In this document: in pieces, positions 17,925-27,566 of the stretch
Position numbering within the stretch: the first letter of the stretch is position 1
How the letters are laid out: every line of letters starts with the position of its first letter
IMG/VR virus record: IMGVR_UViG_3300033518_000130
Strand: one strand, 5' to 3'
DNA from: a virus
DNA: 64,000 nt
Notes under the pieces: generated by a model
What the model was told of the DNA's origin: nothing
Seen by the model: only the letters and a program-made list of their open reading frames with translations
The model's database searches: none
Translations under genes and position numbers: made by a program

Positions 17925-19394
17925 ATGATTAAAGTAAAAAAATATAAAGATGTTTATACAGTTATAAGTACTGAATTAATTGCTACTACTGTTAAACTTT
18001 ATAAAAATGAATGTATAGGAGGTAGTACTTTACTAAATACTTATATAATACCGCCTTTAGTTGTTCTTAATTTAGAAAATACTCAAGTATTACCTATTAC
18101 TAATGATGGGGATTATTATTTAGAATTTAATAATAATAAAGTATGTATAAATAATTATAAGACTTTAACTTCAAAAGTAATAAATACTATATCTTCTAAT
18201 ATTTGTAAAGACTGTGGTTGTAATCAATCAGTTGAAGATTGTTTACCTAAAGAAGCTAAAGATTGTTTAAGTTATCAAACTTTATTTAATAATATACAAG
18301 TATTAAATAATGTAACAAAACCTTTTAAAACTATTATAATAAACGATGATAATAATTGTTCTTGTGGTTGTTCAGAAGATTGTAATTCAGTAGAAACTTG
18401 GATAAGTTCTTACATTAATGAATTTATAAATCGTAATAAATGCACTATAATAGAATCTTTATGTAAAGAACAGATTGATAAATGTTTAGGTAAAGATTAT
18501 TCTTTTGATACTCAATTATTTAAAAGTTTTATAGGATACAATTATTTAGCATTGTATTATTATGAATTAAATCAAGCTATAGACCAATCAGAAATTGATT
18601 ATATTAAATCTAAATATAGCTACAATAAAATATCTAGATGTTTAAGTAAATTAGAAGTAGATATAAGTGTAGGAGAAAGTATTAATAATGATTTTAAGAA
18701 TGAAAAGAACACTGCTCCTATAGTAGCTGATAATTTTGTTGGTAAAGTTACTAATTCAATATATCCTCATTTAGAGTTTGCATTTACAAGTTCTGATTTT
18801 TTAACTGATTATTACGATAAAGAAGGAAATTTACCAAATAATATTAAAATATTATACGCTCCTAGTATAGGAGATTTATATTATAATGGAAATTTAATTA
18901 ATATTTATCCCTTTATTACTCCTATATCTAATATAGGGCTAGTTCAATATAAGCTAGGAGATGATATTACTAAACCTACTGTATTAGTACCTATTTATTA
19001 CGAAATAAGCGATATAAGTACAAATAGCTTATATAGTAAAACTGCTATATTTAAAATAATTATAAGTAAAGGAACTAATGGATTTGGTAATATTATAGGA
19101 GATATAAATAAAACTGTAACAAAAGGAAGTACTACTATATTATCTGCATCTGATTTTAATGGTATTTTTATTGACCCTGAAAATGACCCTATTTATAGAG
19201 TTAGATTTATGAGTATTCCTGTAGGAATAGAAGTTAAAGTAGGAAGTACTATTCTAGTTAATGGAGATGCTGTAGATTTTATAGATATACAAAACGGATT
19301 ATTAAGTATTACAACTACTTTAACAACTCCTATTGGAATATCAGATATAATTATACAGATAGCTGATATAGGTTCTACTCAATATGTATCTTAA
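17925..19394 (+). CDS. Cys-rich protein with two cadherin-like (bacterial adhesin-type) domains; putative receptor-binding/adhesin
   Basis: Duplicated CxxCGC...EDC clusters: CKDCGCNQSVEDC and CSCGCSEDC. Further on come NTAPIVADNF... and ILSASDFNGIFIDPENDPIYRVRFMSIPVGIEVKVGSTILVNGDAV, which fit the FxDxDxD...lP..G.l...G..v pattern of bacterial cadherin-like repeats. Confidence 0.45.
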   Translation: MIKVKKYKDVYTVISTELIATTVKLYKNECIGGSTLLNTYIIPPLVVLNLENTQVLPITNDGDYYLEFNNNKVCINNYKTLTSKVINTISSNICKDCGCNQSVEDCLPKEAKDCLSYQTLFNNIQVLNNVTKPFKTIIINDDNNCSCGCSEDCNSVETWISSYINEFINRNKCTIIESLCKEQIDKCLGKDYSFDTQLFKSFIGYNYLALYYYELNQAIDQSEIDYIKSKYSYNKISRCLSKLEVDISVGESINNDFKNEKNTAPIVADNFVGKVTNSIYPHLEFAFTSSDFLTDYYDKEGNLPNNIKILYAPSIGDLYYNGNLINIYPFITPISNIGLVQYKLGDDITKPTVLVPIYYEISDISTNSLYSKTAIFKIIISKGTNGFGNIIGDINKTVTKGSTTILSASDFNGIFIDPENDPIYRVRFMSIPVGIEVKVGSTILVNGDAVDFIDIQNGLLSITTTLTTPIGISDIIIQIADIGSTQYVS

Positions 19395-19413
19395 TTATTA
19401 AATAATAAATGAA

Positions 19414-20307
19414 ATGGGAAAAATTAAAATAAATGTAATTAATCAAACGAGTTTACCTATAATAAATCTTGATTCACTTTTAGAGTTAAGTGGTATAATT
19501 ACCCAAACAACATTAAGTGCATCAGTAACAGCTAACGGTAATACTATAAACAATACTTTATGGGAACAAATAGAAGGAGATAATCTTACTATAGTAACTC
19601 CTAATAATCTTATTACAAGTATAAATACTTTAAGTCCTAATAAAGTATATAAATTTAGATTTATAGTATATTATAATGGAGGAATTATTTCTTCCAATAT
19701 AACAGTTAAAACTGGAATAATATGTACTTCAGAAATAACTGATATTCTAAGTTATACTCATGTTGATTATGTTATAGGAGCAAATGAATTATTATTCTAC
19801 TCTAGTTTTATACCTGATTTAAAATATAAGATAGAATACACTATTAATAATACTACTTGGTTAGAAGCAGTTATAGATGCTATAGGTAAAGAGGATTCAG
19901 GATTACTTAGAGAAATCATAAGATTTACTCAAATAAATAATGAAAACCTTAAAGATACTCCCCACTATGTTAAAATAATACCTGTATGTAGTATTAATAA
20001 TTATGGAATAAGTAAAACTAGATTAGGAGGAGTACCATCTAATACTAATTTTCCTGTAACAGGAATTACATCTAATAGTTTTAATGTACAAACAGGAACA
20101 ATGCCTAATCAACCGTTTATAACAGGAGCTATATCTATTGATAACGGATTAACATACCCATATACTATTACTCCAGGACAATCATCAGAAAGTATTACCT
20201 CGTTGTTACCTAATACTATTTATAATATTAAGGTTAAAATAAATTATACTCAAGGTGTTATTACTAATTGGGAAAGTGATGTACAAACTATTACTACTTT
20301 ACCTTAA
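19414..20307 (+). CDS. Ig-like (PKD/FN3-like) domain protein, probable fibre/decoration component
   Basis: LWEQIEGDNLTIVTPNN...LSPNKVYKFRFIV is PKD-like. LLPNTIYNIKVKINYTQG is FN3-like. Confidence 0.45.
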   Translation: MGKIKINVINQTSLPIINLDSLLELSGIITQTTLSASVTANGNTINNTLWEQIEGDNLTIVTPNNLITSINTLSPNKVYKFRFIVYYNGGIISSNITVKTGIICTSEITDILSYTHVDYVIGANELLFYSSFIPDLKYKIEYTINNTTWLEAVIDAIGKEDSGLLREIIRFTQINNENLKDTPHYVKIIPVCSINNYGISKTRLGGVPSNTNFPVTGITSNSFNVQTGTMPNQPFITGAISIDNGLTYPYTITPGQSSESITSLLPNTIYNIKVKINYTQGVITNWESDVQTITTLP

Positions 20308-20325
20308 TATTTTAAAAATAATATA

Positions 20326-22497
20326 ATGATAACAAAGATAAATAATAATTATGTAGGTTTAAGTACAGATATTAAACCTATAAGAAATATAGAATACGGA
20401 AGTATTTTCTTTGAACAAGATACAGGATATAGTTATAATTTTAGAACTATTGTTATAGGTAATAAAATTCTTAATAAATGGATTTCTAAAGAGAAAGAAA
20501 TAAAAGATGAATTAGAAGATTATTTACAACAAGGATTAGATGATATAATAAGTAGTTTACCTACATCTACTGTAGATTGGAAACTATCAGGTAATGTATT
20601 AGATACTAGTGTAGCAGATGGAACTGAATTTATAGGTTCTACTAATAACAAGTCATTAGTATTTAAAGTTAATAATATGGTTGCTGGAAAAATACCTGTA
20701 TTTGTTTTATATCGATGTAAAGAATTAGTTTATGGGCTAAATAATTTTCCTAATAAACAATATGCAGATCAATCTACAATTATAGGTAATACTAATTTAC
20801 TAAATGTAACAGGTTCAATACAAGATGTTATTGTTGGGAGTAATAATTTCCTTTCTCTACTAGGAGGAAACGGATTTAATGTTGGTATAGGGAATAATAT
20901 AGCTAATAATCTTACACAATCATTTGGTAATTTATTCATAGGAAATTATGCTGCAGACGGTATAACTCTTGGAAATTATAATATTATTTTAGGAGCTGCT
21001 TCTTCTTTTAAGAATGGAGATAATAATATTATTTTAGATACTGGTAGTATCCCTGTTACAGAAATAAATTGGACTGGAAATCAAAACGTAGTAATAGGAC
21101 GTTTTTCTAAACCTAATGCAACAGTAAATAATAATCTAATGCTAGGAAATAATAATGGACAATTATTTATAAGACATACAGGAACAGATTTAATATTACC
21201 TATATTACAAACTTCTGTAGGTAATGCTGCATTTACACAGATATTAACTCGAAATCCTACTGACGGAACTATAAGAACCGAATTAAAACCATCTACATTA
21301 TATTCAGCAAACGGAACATTAACCACAGCAAGAGTTGTAACAATGGGTGTAAATAGATTAAGTTTTAATTCTAGTGCTACGACTACTCCTTCTATTATTA
21401 TAAATGCTAATTCACAATTAACTGGCGATGCTCTTACCATTTACCATAATACGGGACAAGGTATAGTATTAGATGGTACTGGTAATAGTATTACTTCTTT
21501 TGCTGGTAGATCTATAATTATAAAAACTGGTACTACTGGAGCAGTTACTTTAGATAGTGGAACAACAGGACAGGTTAATATAGGTACAGGAGCTAATCAA
21601 AAAAATATTTTAATAGGTAATAGTGCTGTTAATACTAGAACAAGTATAGGGGGAACTAATCCTCAAAGTACTTTACAAGTAGAAGGTAGTTTTGCCACTA
21701 GAACAGTTCAAAATACTAATAGTTATACTATTTTAGGAACAGACAGAAGTGTTAAAACTTCAGTTGCAGGACTTATATATACTTTACCTAATTTTACATC
21801 ATCTGCAAGGAATGAAATAACTATCACTAATGAGAACTTAACTTCAGAAATATTTGTAGTAGGTACAATAAACGGTACAATAAACAGAACATTTAGAGTA
21901 CCCGCAAATACTACTATTTTCTATAAATGGGACGGTACTAAATGGGTATCTATTGGGATAGGTAATAATTATACTCAAAATGCGTGGTTGTATAGAAATG
22001 TAAAAAACTTTTTACAGATAGTTTCAACAACTGTACTAGAATTAACCTTAAATACTTTACTTGGTTCGGGAGGAGCAATAACAAATGATGGTTCAGCTCC
22101 TGTTGGATTAGTTGCAACAAATCCTTCAGGATTAAGTAGTAGATTTATGTTTGACTCAACTACAACTAATTATTATAGCCCTAAAATTATATTAAGAGCT
22201 TCAGGAACTATTGTAGGTGGAGCTGGAGTTACTTCTAACTTCCTTATCGAAATTAGAAGAGGAGATGGTACAACAGTAGTTGCAAGTAAGGTATTTTCCT
22301 ATGTAGGTAAAATTACTGGTACGACTTTTACCAATGAAGAGTTATTAAATTTTGAAACAGATATTTTTAGTGGTGGAACTGATTTATTTCAAGGAATAAA
22401 TACATCACCTACAATAAACGGTTTTAGATTATTTATTAGTAAAATATCAGGTAATAATATGACAATAACTAATATAGATATAAGAATTAAAAAATAA
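20326..22497 (+). CDS. tail fibre / spike protein
   Basis: 723 aa. Gly/Asn-rich repeats (IGNTNLLNV, VGSNNF, IGNNIANN, IGNYAADG, ILGAASS) are typical of beta-helical fibre shafts. T/S/G-rich overall. Confidence 0.5.
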   Translation: MITKINNNYVGLSTDIKPIRNIEYGSIFFEQDTGYSYNFRTIVIGNKILNKWISKEKEIKDELEDYLQQGLDDIISSLPTSTVDWKLSGNVLDTSVADGTEFIGSTNNKSLVFKVNNMVAGKIPVFVLYRCKELVYGLNNFPNKQYADQSTIIGNTNLLNVTGSIQDVIVGSNNFLSLLGGNGFNVGIGNNIANNLTQSFGNLFIGNYAADGITLGNYNIILGAASSFKNGDNNIILDTGSIPVTEINWTGNQNVVIGRFSKPNATVNNNLMLGNNNGQLFIRHTGTDLILPILQTSVGNAAFTQILTRNPTDGTIRTELKPSTLYSANGTLTTARVVTMGVNRLSFNSSATTTPSIIINANSQLTGDALTIYHNTGQGIVLDGTGNSITSFAGRSIIIKTGTTGAVTLDSGTTGQVNIGTGANQKNILIGNSAVNTRTSIGGTNPQSTLQVEGSFATRTVQNTNSYTILGTDRSVKTSVAGLIYTLPNFTSSARNEITITNENLTSEIFVVGTINGTINRTFRVPANTTIFYKWDGTKWVSIGIGNNYTQNAWLYRNVKNFLQIVSTTVLELTLNTLLGSGGAITNDGSAPVGLVATNPSGLSSRFMFDSTTTNYYSPKIILRASGTIVGGAGVTSNFLIEIRRGDGTTVVASKVFSYVGKITGTTFTNEELLNFETDIFSGGTDLFQGINTSPTINGFRLFISKISGNNMTITNIDIRIKK

Positions 22498-22506
22498 AAA
22501 CTAAGT

Positions 22507-23022
22507 ATGATAGCAATAATTTCAAATACAATTTTACCATTTAATACTGAAAATGGAATTGAAGGGTTAGTTAGAAGAAGATTAGGATTCAAACAAATAC
22601 CTGAAACAGATGATATATATCAAGTAGAAATAATCGATGAATGTTTAGATGAAAATCATAATATAATTGATAGAAAAGAGCCTAAAGTTTCTATTTATAA
22701 AAATGAAGAAATAGATTATTTATTAAACGTTTTAGAACCTTTATTACAAACAATAAAAGGTAATTTAAGAGTAAAAATGAATGAAGCTTATTTCCAAGCT
22801 TTAAAACTTGAAACTCAAAGTGAAATAAAAGATAATGAAGGAAATCCGACAGGTAGATTTAGATATAGCAAAGATTCAAGTGTTTGGGAAAGATATGTAG
22901 AAAAAGCCGTTGAAGTTAAAAAAGAAGATTTTAACCCTTTTGAAAAAATAAATATACCTGAAACTGTAAAAGATATTAATACTAATACTTCTGAAAATGA
23001 CAATAATATTACTGATAATTAG
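22507..23022 (+). CDS. hypothetical protein
   Basis: 171-aa ORF downstream of the fibre gene. Confidence 0.5.
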   Translation: MIAIISNTILPFNTENGIEGLVRRRLGFKQIPETDDIYQVEIIDECLDENHNIIDRKEPKVSIYKNEEIDYLLNVLEPLLQTIKGNLRVKMNEAYFQALKLETQSEIKDNEGNPTGRFRYSKDSSVWERYVEKAVEVKKEDFNPFEKINIPETVKDINTNTSENDNNITDN

Positions 23023-23362
23023 TGCTATTGCAGTAGGAGTATTTCTAATTACTTATATTATAAATATAGGTTGTGTAATTTATGTTTATGGTTTTAAGAA
23101 TAGTTCTAAGATGTTCTATGAAACACTTTTAAATTTAGATATTTTTGGGTGTAGAGAATTTAGATGCTTTTTTAACTTATCAATGATAACTAAAAAAGGT
23201 TATCAATTTGGTAAAGTAGGAGAAACTATAAGTAGTGTTTTAGAAAAAAACAAATTAACAAATACATTAAGTTGGTTTGGTTTATTTTGGTACTACTTAC
23301 TTTATATAGTAGATATAAGATATTGGAAGAAAGGAGGACATTGTTATAATAGTATAATGTAA
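22997..23362 (+). CDS. membrane protein
   Basis: 121 aa. N-terminal TM segment IILLIISAIAVGVFLITYIINIGCVIYVYGF and a second hydrophobic segment LSWFGLFWYYLLYIV. Confidence 0.45.
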   Translation: MTIILLIISAIAVGVFLITYIINIGCVIYVYGFKNSSKMFYETLLNLDIFGCREFRCFFNLSMITKKGYQFGKVGETISSVLEKNKLTNTLSWFGLFWYYLLYIVDIRYWKKGGHCYNSIM

Positions 23363-23368
23363 TTAAAC

Positions 23369-24250
23369 ATGAATTTTATATATAGTTATTGGGAAACGGC
23401 AGACGATAACCAAAACCTATTAGAGTCTTTCTCTAATAGGTGGTTAAATACCGAATTTATGTTTTTTTCCTTAATACAAAGTGTATTAAAATCTAAAGAG
23501 TATGCTACAAAAGTAGTTATGATAACTACAACTAGATGTAAACCTATATTTGATAAATTAGAAATATTTGACGAAGTAACTACAGATTTAGATGCTATAT
23601 CTCATTATGATAGAGATATGTGGGCATTAGGAAAAATATATGCTTATTCAATTCAAACTGAACCATTTATACATATTGATAACGATGTTCATTTTAATTA
23701 TAAGTTTCCTATCTATTTATTTAATGAGAGTAAAATAGATATAGCAGTTCAAAGTATTGAACATAATAAATCTAGTATGACTACTTTTACTCCTTTTTAT
23801 AATAGAATTATAAACACTTTATATAAAAATGGATTTAAAACAAATATACTTAATTTCGGAAGATCTTTTAAAGCATATAATATGGGAATATACTTATGTA
23901 ATAATATAGAATTTAATACTTTATATTGTACGGAAGTATTTAAAATGATAAATGAAAATAAAGAAGCATTTATAAAAGCAAAAAAAATTTGTGTATCAGT
24001 TATCTTTGAACAATACTTATTATACTTGTTAGCCGAAAGAGAAGGGTTGAGGGTTGAGGTTTTGATAGATAATTATAAAGATAAATTTATACAAGAATAT
24101 GGTTATCTTCATATATGGGGAAGGAAAAAGGATTTAGAGCTATATAATAAATTTAAGAATTTATTTATTAATTACTATCCTAATTATTTAGAAAAAATAA
24201 ATAATCTTTTAGATATTTATAATATTAAACAAGAATTAAAAAATAAATAA
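23369..24250 (+). CDS. DxD-containing nucleotide-sugar-transferase-like protein (function uncertain)
   Basis: 293 aa. MWALGKIYAYSIQTEPFIHIDNDVHF resembles the hhhhDxD strand of GT-A-type glycosyltransferases. This rests on memory of the family only. Confidence 0.3.
   Translation: MNFIYSYWETADDNQNLLESFSNRWLNTEFMFFSLIQSVLKSKEYATKVVMITTTRCKPIFDKLEIFDEVTTDLDAISHYDRDMWALGKIYAYSIQTEPFIHIDNDVHFNYKFPIYLFNESKIDIAVQSIEHNKSSMTTFTPFYNRIINTLYKNGFKTNILNFGRSFKAYNMGIYLCNNIEFNTLYCTEVFKMINENKEAFIKAKKICVSVIFEQYLLYLLAEREGLRVEVLIDNYKDKFIQEYGYLHIWGRKKDLELYNKFKNLFINYYPNYLEKINNLLDIYNIKQELKNK
24032..24048 (-). repeat. CTYTCGGC-motif copy 7
   Basis: Plus strand gccgaaagagaagggtt, reverse complement aacccttctctttcggc. 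Confidence 0.8.
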
Positions 24251-24252
24251 AT

Positions 24253-24711
24253 ATGAAAAAAACTGATTTTTTAATACAGTATATATATGAATTAAAAGGA
24301 TTTCTATATGGTATTATTCTATTTCTTAATATACCAGCTAATACATTAGAGATATTATACTATTTAATGATTACTGATACTATACTAGGAGTATGGAAAA
24401 GTGTTGTACTACAACAAAAATTTAGTTTTAAATTATTATTATTTGGAATAAATACTAAACTTATAATATTATCTATACCTTTGATTCTAGGATTAATAAT
24501 AAAAGGTCTTACTAAAGATTTCGATGGTAAAGAATTTCTTATTAAAGTAACTCAAATATTAATAGTAAGTGAAAGTATTTCTATTTTTTCTAGTTTATAT
24601 ACAATTAAGACTAAAAAAGAATTAGAGAATTTTGACCCTTTAAGTCTTTTATTAAAGTTAATTAGAACTCAATTCATAAATATATTTAATAATTTTATAA
24701 AAATAAAATAA
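24253..24711 (+). CDS. holin (phage_holin_4-like)
   Basis: 152 aa with 3-4 TM helices. The LYYLMITDTILGVWKS motif resembles the MxxDYxTG motif of TcdE-type holins. It lies immediately upstream of the lysin candidate. Confidence 0.55.
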   Translation: MKKTDFLIQYIYELKGFLYGIILFLNIPANTLEILYYLMITDTILGVWKSVVLQQKFSFKLLLFGINTKLIILSIPLILGLIIKGLTKDFDGKEFLIKVTQILIVSESISIFSSLYTIKTKKELENFDPLSLLLKLIRTQFINIFNNFIKIK

Positions 24712-24712
24712 A

Positions 24713-25294
24713 ATGAAAAATTATACAGATGAAGAAATATTAAATAAAATTAAGACTTTATCTAGTTTTACACATTATCCTAAAACTTACTATATAGTAG
24801 GTATTAGAAGTAAAGAAGATAAACCTGATACATACGATGATAAATTCTATATTTATAAAGGTACTACTTTTATTACTGTAATGACGGGTACTACTAATTC
24901 AGGATTATATGGATTAAAGAATTTTAATTTATGGAATAAAAAAGGCACTGCTATAGTAAAAGTAGATGAATGTTACTATAATGTATGGACTAGAGGACTT
25001 CATAAACGTAAAGTACCTGCATTGGTACAGACAGGGAAACTTAAAATTATTAGAGATAATAATCGAAATAATAAATCAGGAGATTCTAATTTATATTCTA
25101 TTGAATCAGGAATAGGAATTAATTTCCACCCTAATACTTATAACCTTAATATAGTAAATAAAATAATAAATATTATAATAGGTAAATGGAGTGTAGGTTG
25201 TAGTGTTATTAATGATATTATTAAATATAGAAGTTTTTTAAATTATACTAAACCTCAAAAAATATTTACATATATATTATTAAATGAATTTTGA
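24713..25294 (+). CDS. YkuD-fold (L,D-transpeptidase-like) peptidoglycan hydrolase, endolysin candidate
   Basis: GINFHPNT ... GKWSVGCSVINDI matches the H...SxGC(x)xN catalytic signature of the YkuD fold. It follows the holin and precedes a terminator. Confidence 0.45.
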   Translation: MKNYTDEEILNKIKTLSSFTHYPKTYYIVGIRSKEDKPDTYDDKFYIYKGTTFITVMTGTTNSGLYGLKNFNLWNKKGTAIVKVDECYYNVWTRGLHKRKVPALVQTGKLKIIRDNNRNNKSGDSNLYSIESGIGINFHPNTYNLNIVNKIINIIIGKWSVGCSVINDIIKYRSFLNYTKPQKIFTYILLNEF

Positions 25295-25310
25295 TAGATT
25301 TTTATAAAAG

Positions 25311-25342
25311 AGGAAAGATTTAATAAATCTTTCCTTTTTTTT
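25311..25342 (+). terminator. rho-independent terminator
   Basis: 11-bp stem aggaaagattt / aaatctttcct with a 3-nt loop, then an 8-T run. Confidence 0.8.
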
Positions 25343-25388
25343 GATTTTATATTAAAATATTTCGTATATTAACTAAAACATTAAAAAT

Positions 25389-26108
25389 ATGCCTGTATTA
25401 AATCATATAGCAGAAGATATTGCCTATAAACTAGGCGACCAATTCAATGAAACATTAAGAGAATCTATTAAACTTACTTTATTATATTATAGAAGTACTT
25501 ATTTAAAAAGAGATTTAGAAAAGAATAGTAATTCTTTATCATACTTACACTATGTACAAAGATTTACATTAGATTTAGAGAAAGTAGATAAACTTAAAGA
25601 TTTTAATATTAAAATGTGTGGAGTTAATCCCGAATGTTTATCTTTTTTAGAAGATGAGGATAAATATATACTTAAAACTAAAGAAAAAATCCCTTTACCT
25701 ATAAGAACTAAAGATTCTAATAAATCAGGTTTCTTATATACAGGTAATGCTGTAGGAAATAAACCTTATATATTTAGTATGTTATCTGAAGTAGATTATA
25801 AAAAAGACCTACCATATAGAAATAAAGATATATTCTGGACAACAATTAACAAATATGGATATATATTAAATGCTTTAGATATTTGTGAAATAACTTTTGA
25901 AGGAGTTATAGAAGACCCTACAATAGTATATAACTTTTGTAAAGAGGGGAAGTTTAAAGATGATAATGAATTTGCCATATCTTTAGATATGATGCAAAGT
26001 ATTAGTAATAATATAGTAAAAGGAGAATATCCATTACTTACTACAGATGGTAAAGAAGTAAACATAGAAAAGGATTCGGATACTAATAATAGAAGTAATG
26101 GTAGATAG
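25389..26108 (+). CDS. virion/tail module protein, function unknown
   Basis: 239-aa ORF, first gene after the lysis-cassette terminator. Confidence 0.5.
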   Translation: MPVLNHIAEDIAYKLGDQFNETLRESIKLTLLYYRSTYLKRDLEKNSNSLSYLHYVQRFTLDLEKVDKLKDFNIKMCGVNPECLSFLEDEDKYILKTKEKIPLPIRTKDSNKSGFLYTGNAVGNKPYIFSMLSEVDYKKDLPYRNKDIFWTTINKYGYILNALDICEITFEGVIEDPTIVYNFCKEGKFKDDNEFAISLDMMQSISNNIVKGEYPLLTTDGKEVNIEKDSDTNNRSNGR

Positions 26109-26877
26109 TACAGTATTTTATAAATTACATTATTTTCAATTAGATTTGGAATATAGTTTATTAAGAGAAAGTATAGAAGAATTAGAAGAATATCTAATAC
26201 CGCTAATAAATACCATCTCTCTTTCGGCAAACGAGATAAAACTTAGACCTTATATTCATAAGGATTATTTATTATCTGATAAATGTAAAAGAAATCCTAT
26301 TCCTTTAGAAGATTGTGAATATGATAAAGATTTATTATATTTACGAATAATAATAGAACAATACTTAAAAATAAAAATACCTTTATTAAAAAGAAAAGAA
26401 AAATTAGATTTTATAGATACTAATAGAATACCTTTTAAATATTATAAAGATATTATAAAACAATACGCTGACACTCTTAATAATAAATTAATAGAAGGTA
26501 AGCATATTAGTATTACAGGAATAGGCGATTTCTTTATTGAATACGTTAAAGATAATAAATTTAGGTCTTATATTAAAAGACCTATTAAGAAAGAGTGTTT
26601 AGATAAAGGTATTCCTTATTATAGTAAATTAGATGAATTAGTACATAAAGAAAATAATGAGCCTTATTTTGCTGTAAAATTAGAAGATGAATTTTATGAA
26701 TATCCTCTATTGTTAAGATATATACCTTATATATATAAAAAAGTAAAATATAATTTTAAATTATCTAAAAGAAATACAGGATTAAGTAATAAACTAAATA
26801 GTATTTATTTAAAAAATAAAGATACTAATGAAAAAGAATTTAATAAATATTTTAAAAGAATAAAATTAAAAAGATAA
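26098..26877 (+). CDS. virion/tail module protein, function unknown
   Basis: 259-aa ORF with an 11-nt overlap with the upstream gene. Confidence 0.5.
   Translation: MVDSTVFYKLHYFQLDLEYSLLRESIEELEEYLIPLINTISLSANEIKLRPYIHKDYLLSDKCKRNPIPLEDCEYDKDLLYLRIIIEQYLKIKIPLLKRKEKLDFIDTNRIPFKYYKDIIKQYADTLNNKLIEGKHISITGIGDFFIEYVKDNKFRSYIKRPIKKECLDKGIPYYSKLDELVHKENNEPYFAVKLEDEFYEYPLLLRYIPYIYKKVKYNFKLSKRNTGLSNKLNSIYLKNKDTNEKEFNKYFKRIKLKR
26212..26229 (+). repeat. CTYTCGGC-motif copy 8
   Basis: accatctctctttcggca. Confidence 0.8.
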
Positions 26878-26879
26878 TT

Positions 26880-27566
26880 ATGTATAATAAAACAATATCT
26901 AGTAAAAAACTTATCTCAAGAATAGTAAATGAGTTAGGTTTAGCTAATCCTAAAGAATTAGAAGCAGATATATTTGCTTATGTAGATGACGCAATAGATA
27001 CTATGGATTTATCTAATTATTATACTCCTAAATTAAAACCAGTAGAAGTAAAAGATAATATTTTTAAACTTCCTTGTGATATTAAATATTTACATTCTAT
27101 ATATATTAATAGTTCAGGTTGTTCAGGTTGCGGAGGTAATAATTGGGGAGTTGCTAAATTAAATCTTCGTAATAATCCTCTTATAGGTTCTCTTATAAGC
27201 GGAATAGGATTTCATGATGGGCAATATGGAACAGTAGTAGGTAATAGTATTAAAACTACTTTTAATAAAGGTAACGCTTTAATAGTATATTATTCAGTTC
27301 CTAAAGATGAAAATGGATATCCTATGATACCTGATAATGCTATATTTAAAGAGGCTTTTCAGTACTATGTTATATATAGATTAGGATTTAGAGGGTTTAA
27401 TCATTCTATAATAGATTTCAGAACAGCCTTAACTAAATGGGAACAATTATACCCTAGAGCAATGGCTGATATTAATTGGTTTGATAGAGGAGATTATGAA
27501 GAATTTACTGATATTTGGACTAATCTTCGTATAGGAGATTTAAAAAATAATTTATATTTTGCATAA
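26880..27566 (+). CDS. virion/tail module protein, function unknown
   Basis: 228-aa ORF. TAATG overlap with the next gene. Confidence 0.5.
   Translation: MYNKTISSKKLISRIVNELGLANPKELEADIFAYVDDAIDTMDLSNYYTPKLKPVEVKDNIFKLPCDIKYLHSIYINSSGCSGCGGNNWGVAKLNLRNNPLIGSLISGIGFHDGQYGTVVGNSIKTTFNKGNALIVYYSVPKDENGYPMIPDNAIFKEAFQYYVIYRLGFRGFNHSIIDFRTALTKWEQLYPRAMADINWFDRGDYEEFTDIWTNLRIGDLKNNLYFA

Noticed and set aside
24044-24060. gggttgagggttgagg as a G-quadruplex or telomere-like repeat
   Set aside because: There are only two full GGG runs plus one GG, which is insufficient for a canonical quadruplex. It is better explained as the G-free upstream tract, on the opposite strand, of motif copy 7.
25339-25371. 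Second Bacteroidetes-type promoter after the lysis terminator (tttg ... tatattaa)
   Set aside because: The -7 element is TATATTAA and lacks the conserved TTTG. The match is too weak to call without transcript data.
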